From the IMG/VR virus record IMGVR_UViG_3300047649_000011, positions 1 to 59,472 of that record: a stretch of DNA of 59,472 nucleotides, one strand, 5' to 3'. The notes below the pieces were generated by a model. It was not told where the DNA came from. It saw only the letters and a program-made list of their open reading frames with translations, and did no database searches. The position numbers were made by a program, and so were the translations under genes. Numbering within the stretch: the first letter of the stretch is position 1; every line of letters starts with the position of its first letter. Below, in pieces: positions 28,657 through 38,549 of the stretch. The DNA comes from a virus. Taxonomy: Duplodnaviria > Caudoviricetes.

Positions 28657-29100
28657 TCACACCTCGCTAATGCTAATTTCAACCCTTGGATTATCCGAAT
28701 ACCACTTTTCACCAACGATTACTACTACTTGGCTATCATCCTGCCATATTACCGCTTTTAGCGCATCTTTAATGCCTTTAATGACATTATCTAAATCCGG
28801 TTTAGTTACTGGTCTTAAATAGCCGTTTGCAGCAAGTTGATGCTTAATTTTACTTAGCGACTTAGGAATGCTACGATATACAATTACCGTTATTGAAAGT
28901 GGGCCTTGTAACAATTTGTCCGGCTTAACTTTCAAGGCTTCGTAGTAAACACGTTCTTTATAACTTTTAGACTTTTCAGGGTCATAAGCTTTGGCATGTC
29001 CACTTATCGTCGTAAATTTTGGTCTTCCTTGTGCTACCGGTTCACCGTAGACTATAAAGCTAATCATCTTTCCGCCTCCTAAACAGCCGGCACACATCAT
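28657..29100 (-). CDS. rusA: RusA Holliday junction resolvase
   Basis: GEPVAQGRP, KPDLDN..K.I.DAL, W.DDSQVV. Confidence 0.9.
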   Translation of the reverse strand: MMCAGCLGGGKMISFIVYGEPVAQGRPKFTTISGHAKAYDPEKSKSYKERVYYEALKVKPDKLLQGPLSITVIVYRSIPKSLSKIKHQLAANGYLRPVTKPDLDNVIKGIKDALKAVIWQDDSQVVVIVGEKWYSDNPRVEISISEV

Positions 29101-29296
29101 TAGGTTTGACCTCTATAGCACCTGCTTGCCCCTCTACGCGATTTTCCGACTCATAGCATACAAGTTTGCCCGGATAGTTTATTTCGTTGCTGTAGGCGCA
29201 TTTGTAACAGCGGGGGTCATTATCATATCTGGGATTCATCGTTAATCCTCCTCTGACAATGTAGCCTGAGTGAACAGTCAAGGCATTTACTGGCAA
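29060..29296 (-). CDS. Small Cys-rich hypothetical protein
   Basis: ORF; probable start MNPRYD. Confidence 0.4.
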   Translation of the reverse strand: MPVNALTVHSGYIVRGGLTMNPRYDNDPRCYKCAYSNEINYPGKLVCYESENRVEGQAGAIEVKPNDVCRLFRRRKDD

Positions 29297-29377
29297 ATCG
29301 CGATGCTGAGTATATGTAGCCGATTAGCAGGCCGAAAACAAAAGGTGTCGCTAGGATTAGAATGATACGCGATTCGG

Positions 29378-29776
29378 TCATGATTTCAACAACTCTGGAA
29401 TTTCGTATAGGTTGCCGATGACTTCAATATCTTCACTGCTCATATCTTGTAAATAATCAACACAACTTTTATCACAATCACAACAATTTCGCTTAATAAC
29501 CCATGTTAATTCATTTTCATCCCAAACTACCGTTCCACGCACATACCCCTCTGTATCGCCAAGTATGTCATTTTCATATACTTCGGTGCCGGATATGTCT
29601 TTGCGACCTGTAAACTGCATCAATTCAAATTTTTCTGTTGCTACAAGACTGTCAATGTCTTCAAGCCCTTTTCGCTTGTTTTCCCATATGACACCCGTTC
29701 CATTTACAAAAATATGTATAGCCGGGATCATTACTTTTTCTTCTTTATCCCAAGCCCGAAATTTTAAATTAGTCAC
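29378..29776 (-). CDS. YopX family protein (second copy)
   Basis: KFRAWD...MQFTG..D..G.EVYENDI...EVIGNLYE.PELL. Confidence 0.9.
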   Translation of the reverse strand: MTNLKFRAWDKEEKVMIPAIHIFVNGTGVIWENKRKGLEDIDSLVATEKFELMQFTGRKDISGTEVYENDILGDTEGYVRGTVVWDENELTWVIKRNCCDCDKSCVDYLQDMSSEDIEVIGNLYEIPELLKS

Positions 29777-30441
29777 TTCGTCCCCTCCATTCGATTATTA
29801 GCACACGCTTTCATTTCATAGTCAATCCAACCATTACGTCTTATGTATAAAATCGGATGATTACCTGTCGATGGGCATTTACCGTCTGAATAACCGCATC
29901 CTCGACATTGATCGTTAACTTCCATAGCGTATTGAATCTCGTTAGCACATTGTTTGACTAATTCTAGGCTAACTTTGCCGACACATAAAGTTGCATATTC
30001 TGCTAGTTCGCTGTAGTCTTGACTGTCAAGATAGGCTTGTGCTTGACCACTTTTGACCACCGCAAAGGCTTCTGTTGCTTTTGGCTCTATCCAGTTAGAT
30101 CGGGGTGGCAACCGCTGAAGCTTTGGCTCGGTTTGTTCGTTATATTGAAGATTTTTTATAGCTTGTTTTATTTCAGCAGGAGAGGGAAAGAATTTACAAT
30201 CAAGCCAACAGAGTCGGATTGCTGTTTCCATTAGACCGTCATCTGTATTGCCAAACAACCCCATCCAAATGTCTACTGTATCGTCTTCATTAATCTTCGA
30301 TGAGGGATATATTCCCTTGGTTAGTGCTATGAGTCTGATTGCCGTGGCGCTGTTCATACCTTTCTTGCAACCTCCTTGCCTTGTCAGCAACAGATTCCGT
30401 TTCTGGCTTGCTGAATAATTTCTGCTGTCCCTGCTCTTCAA
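29773..30441 (-). CDS. Helicase loader/inhibitor-like protein
   Basis: W...F....M..A......KFFPSPAEI motif; follows replication initiator; true start probably MNSAT. Confidence 0.6.
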   Translation of the reverse strand: MKSRDSRNYSASQKRNLLLTRQGGCKKGMNSATAIRLIALTKGIYPSSKINEDDTVDIWMGLFGNTDDGLMETAIRLCWLDCKFFPSPAEIKQAIKNLQYNEQTEPKLQRLPPRSNWIEPKATEAFAVVKSGQAQAYLDSQDYSELAEYATLCVGKVSLELVKQCANEIQYAMEVNDQCRGCGYSDGKCPSTGNHPILYIRRNGWIDYEMKACANNRMEGTK

Positions 30442-31087
30442 GATACCGTTTTACTACCCAATTTCGTATAGCCCTATTATCATCAGCATACTTTTTACCA
30501 TTAGCCCCTTTATAATTATCAAGTATCTCGATCATACGATCAGTGGCGGACTGACCAAACTCTTTGACCAATCTTTCATGTTCGGTTGTGGTGAGTGTGA
30601 CAAAATCACTATAGGTATTCTTTTTTTCTTTTACTTTAATTTCTTTTACTTTCTTTTCTTTTACTTGTTCAACACTTGTTGACGATTTGTTCAACACTTG
30701 TTCAACACTTGTTGAAACTTCATTTAATAAGATCCTTTTTCGAGCTGACATTTTACCTGCATTGCTTCTTTTTTGCTTAATTTCGTTCATTTTTCCCATG
30801 CGACTCATTAGTGATAGGCTAAAAAAGTTTTCTTCATCTACTTCAAATAATCCGTATGAATTTACAACAGTTTTCATCTTTTCTGCTGTTGTGTTATATC
30901 GCCTAGACAATGCAGGTATAAGAGCAACGGGGTATTTATAAGACGGTTGGTCTCGTAACATTTCGATTAATATCCAAAAGATTCCGTATCCTTCTGGGCC
31001 TAATTGTTCAATCAGCATTACACATTTGGGGTCATCTTTTGCATTGCTATCGTGCGAGAAGTAATAACAATCTTTAATATTTATCAC
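30290..31087 (-). CDS. Phage replication initiator (Lin1244/DUF4373-like)
   Basis: YYFSHDSNA..DPK...G.EGYG.FW.L.E.L; C-terminal GKKY.DD.RAIRNW; internal iterons. Confidence 0.8.
   Translation of the reverse strand: MINIKDCYYFSHDSNAKDDPKCVMLIEQLGPEGYGIFWILIEMLRDQPSYKYPVALIPALSRRYNTTAEKMKTVVNSYGLFEVDEENFFSLSLMSRMGKMNEIKQKRSNAGKMSARKRILLNEVSTSVEQVLNKSSTSVEQVKEKKVKEIKVKEKKNTYSDFVTLTTTEHERLVKEFGQSATDRMIEILDNYKGANGKKYADDNRAIRNWVVKRYLEEQGQQKLFSKPETESVADKARRLQERYEQRHGNQTHSTNQGNISLIED
30665..30716. repeat. Iteron-like repeats (putative lytic origin)
   Basis: TTGTTCAACAC x3 plus TTGTTGA next to A/T tracts inside the initiator gene. Confidence 0.7.
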
Positions 31088-31188
31088 CTCCGACTTGCAT
31101 ACATATTTAATATGCGGTTATGATATATTGGGATATTATTGCCTGCGTGCTGCAAATGTTGAGGTGTGCAGGCGATAACATGAACATA

Positions 31189-31467
31189 CTACTTAGATGA
31201 AAAGTCTTTTTGATAAATTTCTTTCGCATGTTGAAACCAATCTATCATTACATCAATTGACGTTTCATTGTTAAAACGAAGTATCAACTCTGGTTCCATT
31301 TCATGTATATCTTTTGTGTCGGGCGAATTACCGCTTCCAACGGGAATATCTAGTTCACCAATAGCCATGACTAGGTATTCTGGTTCTAATTTATCTGATC
31401 CAATTTTGCACCCGATATCGCCGTTGCCGTTCATAGTCAAAATCATGCGTACTATATTGCAAATCAC
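31189..31467 (-). CDS. Hypothetical protein
   Basis: Coupled ORF. Confidence 0.5.
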   Translation of the reverse strand: MICNIVRMILTMNGNGDIGCKIGSDKLEPEYLVMAIGELDIPVGSGNSPDTKDIHEMEPELILRFNNETSIDVMIDWFQHAKEIYQKDFSSK

Positions 31468-31769
31468 TTTTTAACCTCCCAATATCCAATAGTCAAAATT
31501 TCGCCTTCTTTTACATCTCCGTCACCAATGATCGAATAGTTAGCTTCGCGGATACCCTCTTGAAACTCATCTAAGCGGCGATCAGTGGCTGTATTAAGTT
31601 TTATGAATCGCTCAGAAATCGTTTCTAAGCTATCACTTTGTTGTACGGTATAAGTTGTAGCTACGTAACGTATTTCATCGCGTGTGAAGCCTGTCTGTGT
31701 GGCCAAAATTGCTGCTACAATTATGCCAAACAATAGTACGATTAGATAATTTTTAATTTGCTGCTTCAA
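31464..31769 (-). CDS. Membrane-anchored LysM-like (YneA-like) protein
   Basis: N-terminal TM helix then YTVQQSDSLETIS...V.EGE.L.I. Confidence 0.55.
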   Translation of the reverse strand: MKQQIKNYLIVLLFGIIVAAILATQTGFTRDEIRYVATTYTVQQSDSLETISERFIKLNTATDRRLDEFQEGIREANYSIIGDGDVKEGEILTIGYWEVKK

Positions 31770-31817
31770 GGTATCAACTCCGATAAATCGAATAGTTATT
31801 ATCCGTTAATAATTACT

Positions 31818-32213
31818 TTAGAAAGGAATTTCTTCTTCAGGGAAAACTTCTTTGCCGAAGGATTTAGCATCAAATGAATTGCTAGTGCTTGGCTCCGATT
31901 CTTTCTTCTTACTGTCTAAGAACTCAACCCGATTAACTAACATCTTTACAGCCATGCGCTTATTACCATCTTTATCTTCCCATTGATCCTCTGTATATCT
32001 CGCTTCAACTAATACCTTGCTGCCTTTATCAAGCGAATTTGCGACCAATTCATCCGTTTTGTCGAAGCATACAAAGTTAGGCCAGTAAGTTTTTTTCTTA
32101 TCTCCATATCCATCTGAAATTGCCATTGAAAAAGTTGTTATTGCCATGCCTGAATTTGTGTATCTGGTTTCTGGTGGCTTTCCTAAACGACCAGTGAAAT
32201 TGCAAATATTCAT
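31818..32213 (-). CDS. ssb: Single-stranded DNA-binding protein
   Basis: N.C.F.GRL..PETRYT, KG..V.VE, acidic EEIPF tail. Confidence 0.92.
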   Translation of the reverse strand: MNICNFTGRLGKPPETRYTNSGMAITTFSMAISDGYGDKKKTYWPNFVCFDKTDELVANSLDKGSKVLVEARYTEDQWEDKDGNKRMAVKMLVNRVEFLDSKKKESEPSTSNSFDAKSFGKEVFPEEEIPF

Positions 32214-32226
32214 ATCTTATCTCTCC

Positions 32227-32781
32227 TCACTTTTTATCCCAAAATGTCGCTGTTTGGTCGGCAATCTGCAAGGCCAAAATCAGCGGGTACTTTTCCATTG
32301 CAGAACTCAATGTCTGTCGCTCAGTGTAACTTTCAGCCGACCATGCTCCCATATGCCAGCGAATGGCCATTGCTTCATCAATTGACAAATGTATGAATTG
32401 GCTAATGATAAATACTGATTTTTCCCCATGCCCATAAGGTATTTGATCTTCAATTGCGTAACATGGGTACTTTTCCCATTGGCCTGCTTCGTTTTTACGA
32501 TTTCGTAGCTCAATTTTGTAAAAATTAGCCTTGCAAACATCGTGTAGTAAACTGCAAACTACAGTAGTTTCAAAAGGAATGTCAAACGGAATATTTTTAA
32601 ACTGTTCGTATACTGTAATTGAATGTTCTACCAATCCACCTTCAACTGCCCCGTGGTACATTCTGCTTGCCGGTGCTTGAAAAAAATCACTTTTATTTGT
32701 TAACCAATCAGCTAATTGATCTACACCAGGACGATTAACTTGGTTTAAAAGATCTAAAAATTTTTGCTTCATTACGATCAC
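32227..32781 (-). CDS. HD-domain hydrolase
   Basis: APAS..YHGA.EGGL.EHS, LLHD.CK, GHGEKS, IRWHMG. Confidence 0.88.
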   Translation of the reverse strand: MIVMKQKFLDLLNQVNRPGVDQLADWLTNKSDFFQAPASRMYHGAVEGGLVEHSITVYEQFKNIPFDIPFETTVVCSLLHDVCKANFYKIELRNRKNEAGQWEKYPCYAIEDQIPYGHGEKSVFIISQFIHLSIDEAMAIRWHMGAWSAESYTERQTLSSAMEKYPLILALQIADQTATFWDKK

Positions 32782-33602
32782 TCTCCTAAATCAAGCCAGT
32801 GAATAGGCTTGATTATCTTTTTAGTTTGCCTACAATAATCACATTTTTCGCACCGTTCGGGCTCTATTTCTCCGTTCCTAACAGCCATAATGTGGGGTAA
32901 TTTAAACTTAATTTCTTCCAACTTTTCTTTAATAAATCCGTCCACGTCCATGTAGATAATTTCATGATCCGGTATTTCCTGCTTGTCCACTGCAAGTATG
33001 TAGCAATCAAGGTGTTTATCCATATTTAAGTTCTGACGTAATATTTCAACGTAAATACTGAACTGCAATGGGTAATCGTATTTTTGAATGAATGTTTCAC
33101 GCTCTCTGGTTTCGGCGTTCCAATATTTTTCATACATGTTTTTGGTGGTCTTTATATCAGCGAAATAGCCTTTTCCAATGTTTAAAATATCGACTTGAAT
33201 TTTAAAAGGAACACCACTAATTTCGCCTGTGAATATTTGTTCTTTTTCGCCTTCGCGCATTTGAACCATAGCTGGATCATTTTTAAAAACGTTAATCATG
33301 GTATCGCCTAACGCATACTGTTTGAGTAAAGTTCCATCTTTCTTGAACAATTCAGGAGTATTTGATATGAATTCTTGCAAATCACCACTTGACCAACTAT
33401 GTAGATAGTTTCCTAGCAAAAATGCTGAATTAACTTTGTCTGTCCACTCGCCCTTACGTTTGGCTACCTCTCTGGCTTCGCAACCAAAGTTACTGTATTT
33501 ATCCCATGCCTTGAAGGAAGTACTGCCTAAATATTTCTTTTCCATTTCAGAGCTGAAATAATTTTTTCTATTTAGTTCCATCGGCGGGTACTTCCTTGTC
33601 AA
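32778..33602 (-). CDS. PD-(D/E)XK exonuclease (DUF3799-like)
   Basis: FK..VD.....F.DIKTT, Y.LQ..IY, PERCEKCDYCR. Confidence 0.8.
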   Translation of the reverse strand: MTRKYPPMELNRKNYFSSEMEKKYLGSTSFKAWDKYSNFGCEAREVAKRKGEWTDKVNSAFLLGNYLHSWSSGDLQEFISNTPELFKKDGTLLKQYALGDTMINVFKNDPAMVQMREGEKEQIFTGEISGVPFKIQVDILNIGKGYFADIKTTKNMYEKYWNAETRERETFIQKYDYPLQFSIYVEILRQNLNMDKHLDCYILAVDKQEIPDHEIIYMDVDGFIKEKLEEIKFKLPHIMAVRNGEIEPERCEKCDYCRQTKKIIKPIHWLDLGE

Positions 33603-34446
33603 GTTTTAATGATTCTTCTTTGTCAAACCCCAAGTCTGGTACTTCTCTGCTTTCGCTCTTAGGTTTGGCTATATTAAAGACATCTTCACGCTTTGCCATA
33701 CCATCTTTAAGAGAGTTAAAAACCTTTCCAAGCCGCAATACATCATTTTCGCTAAATGCCGTATCATCACAGCCAATATATTTTTCCAGCATTTCTTTTG
33801 ACACTTGGAATTTTTCATCAAACTTAACAATCATCTTCCGAATTCGATCATTCAAAGGTTCGGCATTACCGGTCTTTAATGTTGCGCGGCATTGATCAAT
33901 AGCAGCTTCAACAATGTCACCAGGAATAATGCCGAGAATACAAGCTCTAACACGCCTAGAACCATTGTTTGCGACCAGTTCATATATATCTCTAGGATCA
34001 TCAAGAGAGTTTATTTTACCTTTAGCCTTGCGCTCATGGCGCACTGCAAATATTTTAGTTTGGCGCGTGTTGGTTTCCAAATCCCAGGCATAAGCCATCA
34101 TGGTACTTTCACCGCTTCGCTGTTCAAGTTCAACAATTCCATAGTCCAAGTTTCCCCAATTTCTAGCTAATGTTTCGGCTAACCGGATTGATGGTCCAAT
34201 AATCTTTTGACCGCCCCGGGGGAATTCATACTCGGCTTGTTCTGCTAAAGTTTTTCTTTTGCAAGATTGAATAATTCGTGCATATGCTTCGTTTTCATCA
34301 CGTGGAAACCGTTTGGCAACCACCATAGCGGCCTGAACTTCTTGTGCCTGTCTGCTAATAACGCCCTCGGTATTTACTGGCTTTAAACTGGTATTACTTC
34401 CGAATGAATTTGATGATTCGTATGTAATGTCGTTCACTATAAGCAC
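33568..34446 (-). CDS. Putative single-strand annealing/recombination protein
   Basis: AKRFPRD, GPSIRLAE..ARNWGN; lies between ATPase and exonuclease. Confidence 0.6.
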   Translation of the reverse strand: MLIVNDITYESSNSFGSNTSLKPVNTEGVISRQAQEVQAAMVVAKRFPRDENEAYARIIQSCKRKTLAEQAEYEFPRGGQKIIGPSIRLAETLARNWGNLDYGIVELEQRSGESTMMAYAWDLETNTRQTKIFAVRHERKAKGKINSLDDPRDIYELVANNGSRRVRACILGIIPGDIVEAAIDQCRATLKTGNAEPLNDRIRKMIVKFDEKFQVSKEMLEKYIGCDDTAFSENDVLRLGKVFNSLKDGMAKREDVFNIAKPKSESREVPDLGFDKEESLKLDKEVPADGTK

Positions 34447-36083
34447 CCCTTAATTTCATAATTACCGCTATTGGTATCTTTGGTAATGGTCACAAATGCC
34501 TGAATGTCATTATCTTCACAAAGCTTTAATACTTTTTTCTGTTCAGCTTCATTCAGCTTTTCAAATCCGTCCAAACAAATAATCCGTAATTCTCCAATCC
34601 GTTGTAATGCGATTTTGAAAGCAGCTTCTAACTTTTCCCCATCAGACAGACCATCTAGCAATACGTTTTTAATTCGGATCATTGAATTTTCATCGACTGA
34701 TATTCCATCAATTGGCAATTTATGCTGTTTCAACAACTCGGCAGGCTTATTTCTTGCTGTTGTAATGATATTGGTCAGACTGTCAGCATATTGTTTTTTA
34801 GTGGACAACTTACCATCCCGAATATCAAGCATCCGATCCCATTCACGAAGGTATGATTGCATTTTAGCAACTTTGTCAGCTTCTTCTTGAAGCGGTTCAA
34901 TTTCGGCTTTTTCATGCTGTTTCAAGTATTCGGCTGCTTTTCCAACCCGCAATTCTTCTTTTTCGATTTCCGACTTCATCGCTGCATCTTCAGACTTTAA
35001 TTCCTGTTTTTCTAAGTCAGACAGCGATAATATTTCCTGCTCTTTAGCTGATATTTTTTGATTTTGAATATTGATAAGGCTTTTTTGATCAGCTATTTCT
35101 TTATTTATTTCTTGCACTATTAATTTTCCAATGTTTGCATACTTGGCCTTGATCTCGGCAATTTCTTCATTCATACGGGTCAAGGCTTTGTTTTGCTCAA
35201 TTTCCAGCTTGTCAGCAGAAGAATTAATAACATTATTGGCCTTTTCAATCTTGCTTTTCGATAGTTCAATAATGTCTTTCAAATCCTGTCGCTGCTCAAT
35301 AAATTTGGCTTTGATTCTTCCTTTAGTACCCTCGGTAGCCGCTTTAATTGTTTCTGTTTTAGCTTCAATGTTTTCTTTCAATCGTTCAGCTTCAGCAATA
35401 AAATTATTGATTTTTTGAGCTTCAGCGACTTTATTGTAATAATCTTGAATTTTTAACTTCTTCCAGTCTTCACCGTCATAATTGGCAGGAAGTTCAGCTT
35501 CAATGCCTTTTACTTGACCTTCCAGCAGCTTAATTTCGCGGTTAACTTCCTCGCGTTCCTTATACTTGGCAATTTCAATATCTTTCAATACTTGCAATAA
35601 ATGCTTAGATGTATTGATATTGCTTAAAACATCTTGACCAAACCAGCCGTTGATTTCTTCATCGGAATACTGCATTTTGATCATGCCTAAAATAATAGCT
35701 GTCTGTTTTGACGCATCAAGATTGATAAAGTCCAACGGTCTGAAAATATCACCAGATACAAATTTTCGTAACTCGGCTTCTGTTGATTTGATTCCCTGAC
35801 CTTTTTGACGCAACTTTAAATAATCAGCTTTATCATTACGAATGCGGCGATCAATCTCTAGGCCGGAATCAGTTTCAATGAACAGGGTGGATTCACCATT
35901 GCCATGTTTAATGACCTCAGTACGGCGTTTGTTGTTGTTTACAGCGGCTTCGATGCCTTCTAATATGCTGGACTTGCCCGAACCCTTGGGGCCTTCAAAT
36001 ATATTTAAATTGCCTGGATTGTAATTAAATTCATCCACACCTAAAAAGTTATTAATTTTAATGGCTTTAATTTTCAATTTCAC
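34437..36083 (-). CDS. SMC/AAA-like ATPase
   Basis: GPKGSGKSS Walker A, long coiled coil, LSDGE signature, CLDGFE Walker B. Confidence 0.88.
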   Translation of the reverse strand: MKLKIKAIKINNFLGVDEFNYNPGNLNIFEGPKGSGKSSILEGIEAAVNNNKRRTEVIKHGNGESTLFIETDSGLEIDRRIRNDKADYLKLRQKGQGIKSTEAELRKFVSGDIFRPLDFINLDASKQTAIILGMIKMQYSDEEINGWFGQDVLSNINTSKHLLQVLKDIEIAKYKEREEVNREIKLLEGQVKGIEAELPANYDGEDWKKLKIQDYYNKVAEAQKINNFIAEAERLKENIEAKTETIKAATEGTKGRIKAKFIEQRQDLKDIIELSKSKIEKANNVINSSADKLEIEQNKALTRMNEEIAEIKAKYANIGKLIVQEINKEIADQKSLINIQNQKISAKEQEILSLSDLEKQELKSEDAAMKSEIEKEELRVGKAAEYLKQHEKAEIEPLQEEADKVAKMQSYLREWDRMLDIRDGKLSTKKQYADSLTNIITTARNKPAELLKQHKLPIDGISVDENSMIRIKNVLLDGLSDGEKLEAAFKIALQRIGELRIICLDGFEKLNEAEQKKVLKLCEDNDIQAFVTITKDTNSGNYEIKGCL

Positions 36084-36277
36084 ACATCCTCTATGTATAT
36101 TTTTTTACTACCTGCACATCATATAGTGGGCAGTATTACTTAACCGTGATATAATCAAGTTGACTTTTTTACTTTAGGCCACTCTCGCAAAGTGGCCTTT
36201 TTCATTTTCCATACACCGCCGTAATAATCACAACCGCTATTCCGACAATCAGCCAGCCGTACCTTACGCTAAAAGGC

Positions 36278-36481
36278 TTACTGCGCTTCACATTGTCGCT
36301 GAATCGAATATTCGTTAACTCTTGAATCATATTGCTTGCACCAACCTTTCCTTTCTGCCAGAATGCCTAGAATCGGGCCACCGTCTTGATACACTGTGCC
36401 TATTAGCTCGAATCGCGGATGATTTGGGGCTTCGGTGATGTGAATCTGTTTTAACTTCATAGCCACCACCTCATTTGCCAT
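36278..36481 (-). CDS. Hypothetical protein
   Basis: ORF in early operon. Confidence 0.4.
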   Translation of the reverse strand: MANEVVAMKLKQIHITEAPNHPRFELIGTVYQDGGPILGILAERKGWCKQYDSRVNEYSIQRQCEAQ

Positions 36482-36664
36482 TTAAACCATGACCACAAGC
36501 TGAATTTGAATTTGCAGGTACCGTAACAGGATGGGTCTGTGAAGCGACTACAGTAAGCACAGACCTGGTATCGTGAGTCCATTGCCTAGTCCTCCTTTAA
36601 AGTTATTGTGAGTACAGGGACAAACACGAACAACCATAGTAGCCAGGATAGCAGGGTGGTCATG

Positions 36665-36898
36665 TTATTTGCCGCCATTTAAAACAATAAAACGTTTTTC
36701 TTCTGGCTCAACTCCAATGCAATTATCAACATATTTCAATGCTTGTTCCAAGATCAGCTTAACTGATCGGTTATTATGGATCTTCATTGAAATGTTGACT
36801 AAAGCTTTAGGGTCTGGCTGTTCACCGTGAATATTTATTTCGAATCCGTTAGGTATCAGATAACCATCAATACTAATGCGTCCGTTTATATAAATCAC
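36665..36898 (-). CDS. Hypothetical protein
   Basis: AAGGA RBS. Confidence 0.5.
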   Translation of the reverse strand: MIYINGRISIDGYLIPNGFEINIHGEQPDPKALVNISMKIHNNRSVKLILEQALKYVDNCIGVEPEEKRFIVLNGGK

Positions 36899-36904
36899 TC
36901 CTTT

Positions 36905-37651
36905 CTAGGCTACATATTTTATTGTCATTTCCTTGACAACAGATGTATAAATTTCTTTTAACTTAGGATCTGATTCAATGACATCCATTTTAGTTGTCAT
37001 ATTTAGTTTGCTTTTAGTTGCTCCACTTTCTAGCAATCGATCTTTTAAATTACGGAGTCTTGTGTTTAAAAGGCAATGTGCTCGTTCTTCTAAAATTTGG
37101 TAGCTTTCGGTTCGAACGGCTTGATAATCTTTATTGACTGTCGCTTTAGTTATTCGACTTACCATACTGTTGATAGCTTCGCGCCAGTTATCATCACGCT
37201 GGATGATGGTATCCTTAACAAGGGTTAATGTGCGTTCTACTTGAATGGTTTTCTCTTGCATAGTGACTAAATCTAATTGTGTCTTAGCCACGCTATCATA
37301 TATGAGTTTAAACATTTGCAGCTCTGGAGATAATTTTGCAATGTCTACTTGCTGTTTGTTGCTTTGTTTTTCAATTTCTACAAAATAGCTTCTAGCCTGT
37401 TTCCCTCGATCAGACCTAGATAACATGCAGAGGTGTTTTGCAAAATCAATGGTAAGGTGATAATCCTTGGATTCATTACCGTTCAACATGATGTTGAACC
37501 CCTGCCAATCGGTATCAACTTGATAAAATTCGTTTTCTTCAATATTGGTTTTACACCATCTAGCAAATGCAGCCGGATGAAGTTCTAAAAACTCGTACAG
37601 CTCTCTGGCTGTCGTCTTGCCTGATTTATCAATCTTGATTAACTCATTCAA
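36905..37651 (-). CDS. AntA/AntB antirepressor
   Basis: TARELYEFL, DYHLTIDFAK.LCML.RS.RGKQAR.YF.E.EK. Confidence 0.85.
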   Translation of the reverse strand: MNELIKIDKSGKTTARELYEFLELHPAAFARWCKTNIEENEFYQVDTDWQGFNIMLNGNESKDYHLTIDFAKHLCMLSRSDRGKQARSYFVEIEKQSNKQQVDIAKLSPELQMFKLIYDSVAKTQLDLVTMQEKTIQVERTLTLVKDTIIQRDDNWREAINSMVSRITKATVNKDYQAVRTESYQILEERAHCLLNTRLRNLKDRLLESGATKSKLNMTTKMDVIESDPKLKEIYTSVVKEMTIKYVA

Positions 37652-37721
37652 ATCCTCACTTCCTTTTACAAATTTATACAGGTTATTGCGCTAGCTTGTC
37701 GAAATATCACCTTGAAGGGAG

Positions 37722-38345
37722 GTGACGACAATGGAAGAACGTATAAGTGTTGGATTCACACAGTTTATTGATTTTTTGATTAAAGGCCATATTGGACGTG
37801 TAAGCCATGTAAAAGACATCAAATATCAAGAACCATATAAACCATCTACAGATTTTTGGTATCGATTACGCGAAAAAATTAAAGAAATTCACAAAAACAA
37901 TCAAGATATTGCTGAACTTGACGAATTACTAATTGGAATAAATAAAAGGAAACTTAAACAATATACTGCTGCAATAGAAGGGTATAAAAAATTCTGCCGA
38001 GGGAAAGACATTGAGTGGATTGATTTAGGAAGGTCTTTCTGGACATGTGACAAATTGCTTGTCAGAAGTACACCTGAGATAGGTTTGGTTATTAATGGAA
38101 TGCCTCACCGAATAAAATTGTATTTTAAAGATGTACAAGAAAAACTTGATAAGCGCCAATCCGCTAGTCTTTTGACATTAATGCGGGATTCTACAACACA
38201 AATAACAAATAATAATATCAAAGATGCTGTTTTAAATGTAAAATCATCTAAACTATTTTCGCTAGATGGACCTGTTAACGAATCAGTCAGACTATCGTTG
38301 GAGGCAGACGCTTTAAGCTTTATCTATATATGGAACAAAGTTTAA
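37722..38345 (+). CDS. Hypothetical protein on opposite strand (moron)
   Basis: 207-aa ORF with GGGAGG RBS, antisense to early operon. Confidence 0.7.
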   Translation: MTTMEERISVGFTQFIDFLIKGHIGRVSHVKDIKYQEPYKPSTDFWYRLREKIKEIHKNNQDIAELDELLIGINKRKLKQYTAAIEGYKKFCRGKDIEWIDLGRSFWTCDKLLVRSTPEIGLVINGMPHRIKLYFKDVQEKLDKRQSASLLTLMRDSTTQITNNNIKDAVLNVKSSKLFSLDGPVNESVRLSLEADALSFIYIWNKV

Positions 38346-38524
38346 TCCGGTGCCATCTCGCTCATGTGTTGTGCGCAGTTATCACAAATCCATTTCCCAT
38401 CTTCAAGATACAGCATAAATTTTTCTTTACGCCTACGTTTGCAGTGAACACAGATATATGACTTTTTTGTTTCCGCTCCAATACTGTTAGTATCAGTGAA
38501 GGAGCTCTCTTTTTGCTCGTTCAT
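38342..38524 (-). CDS. Small zinc-finger protein
   Basis: CxxC...CxxC. Confidence 0.5.
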   Translation of the reverse strand: MNEQKESSFTDTNSIGAETKKSYICVHCKRRRKEKFMLYLEDGKWICDNCAQHMSEMAPD

Positions 38525-38549
38525 AATTTAACTCCTTTCTATGGCTGCT

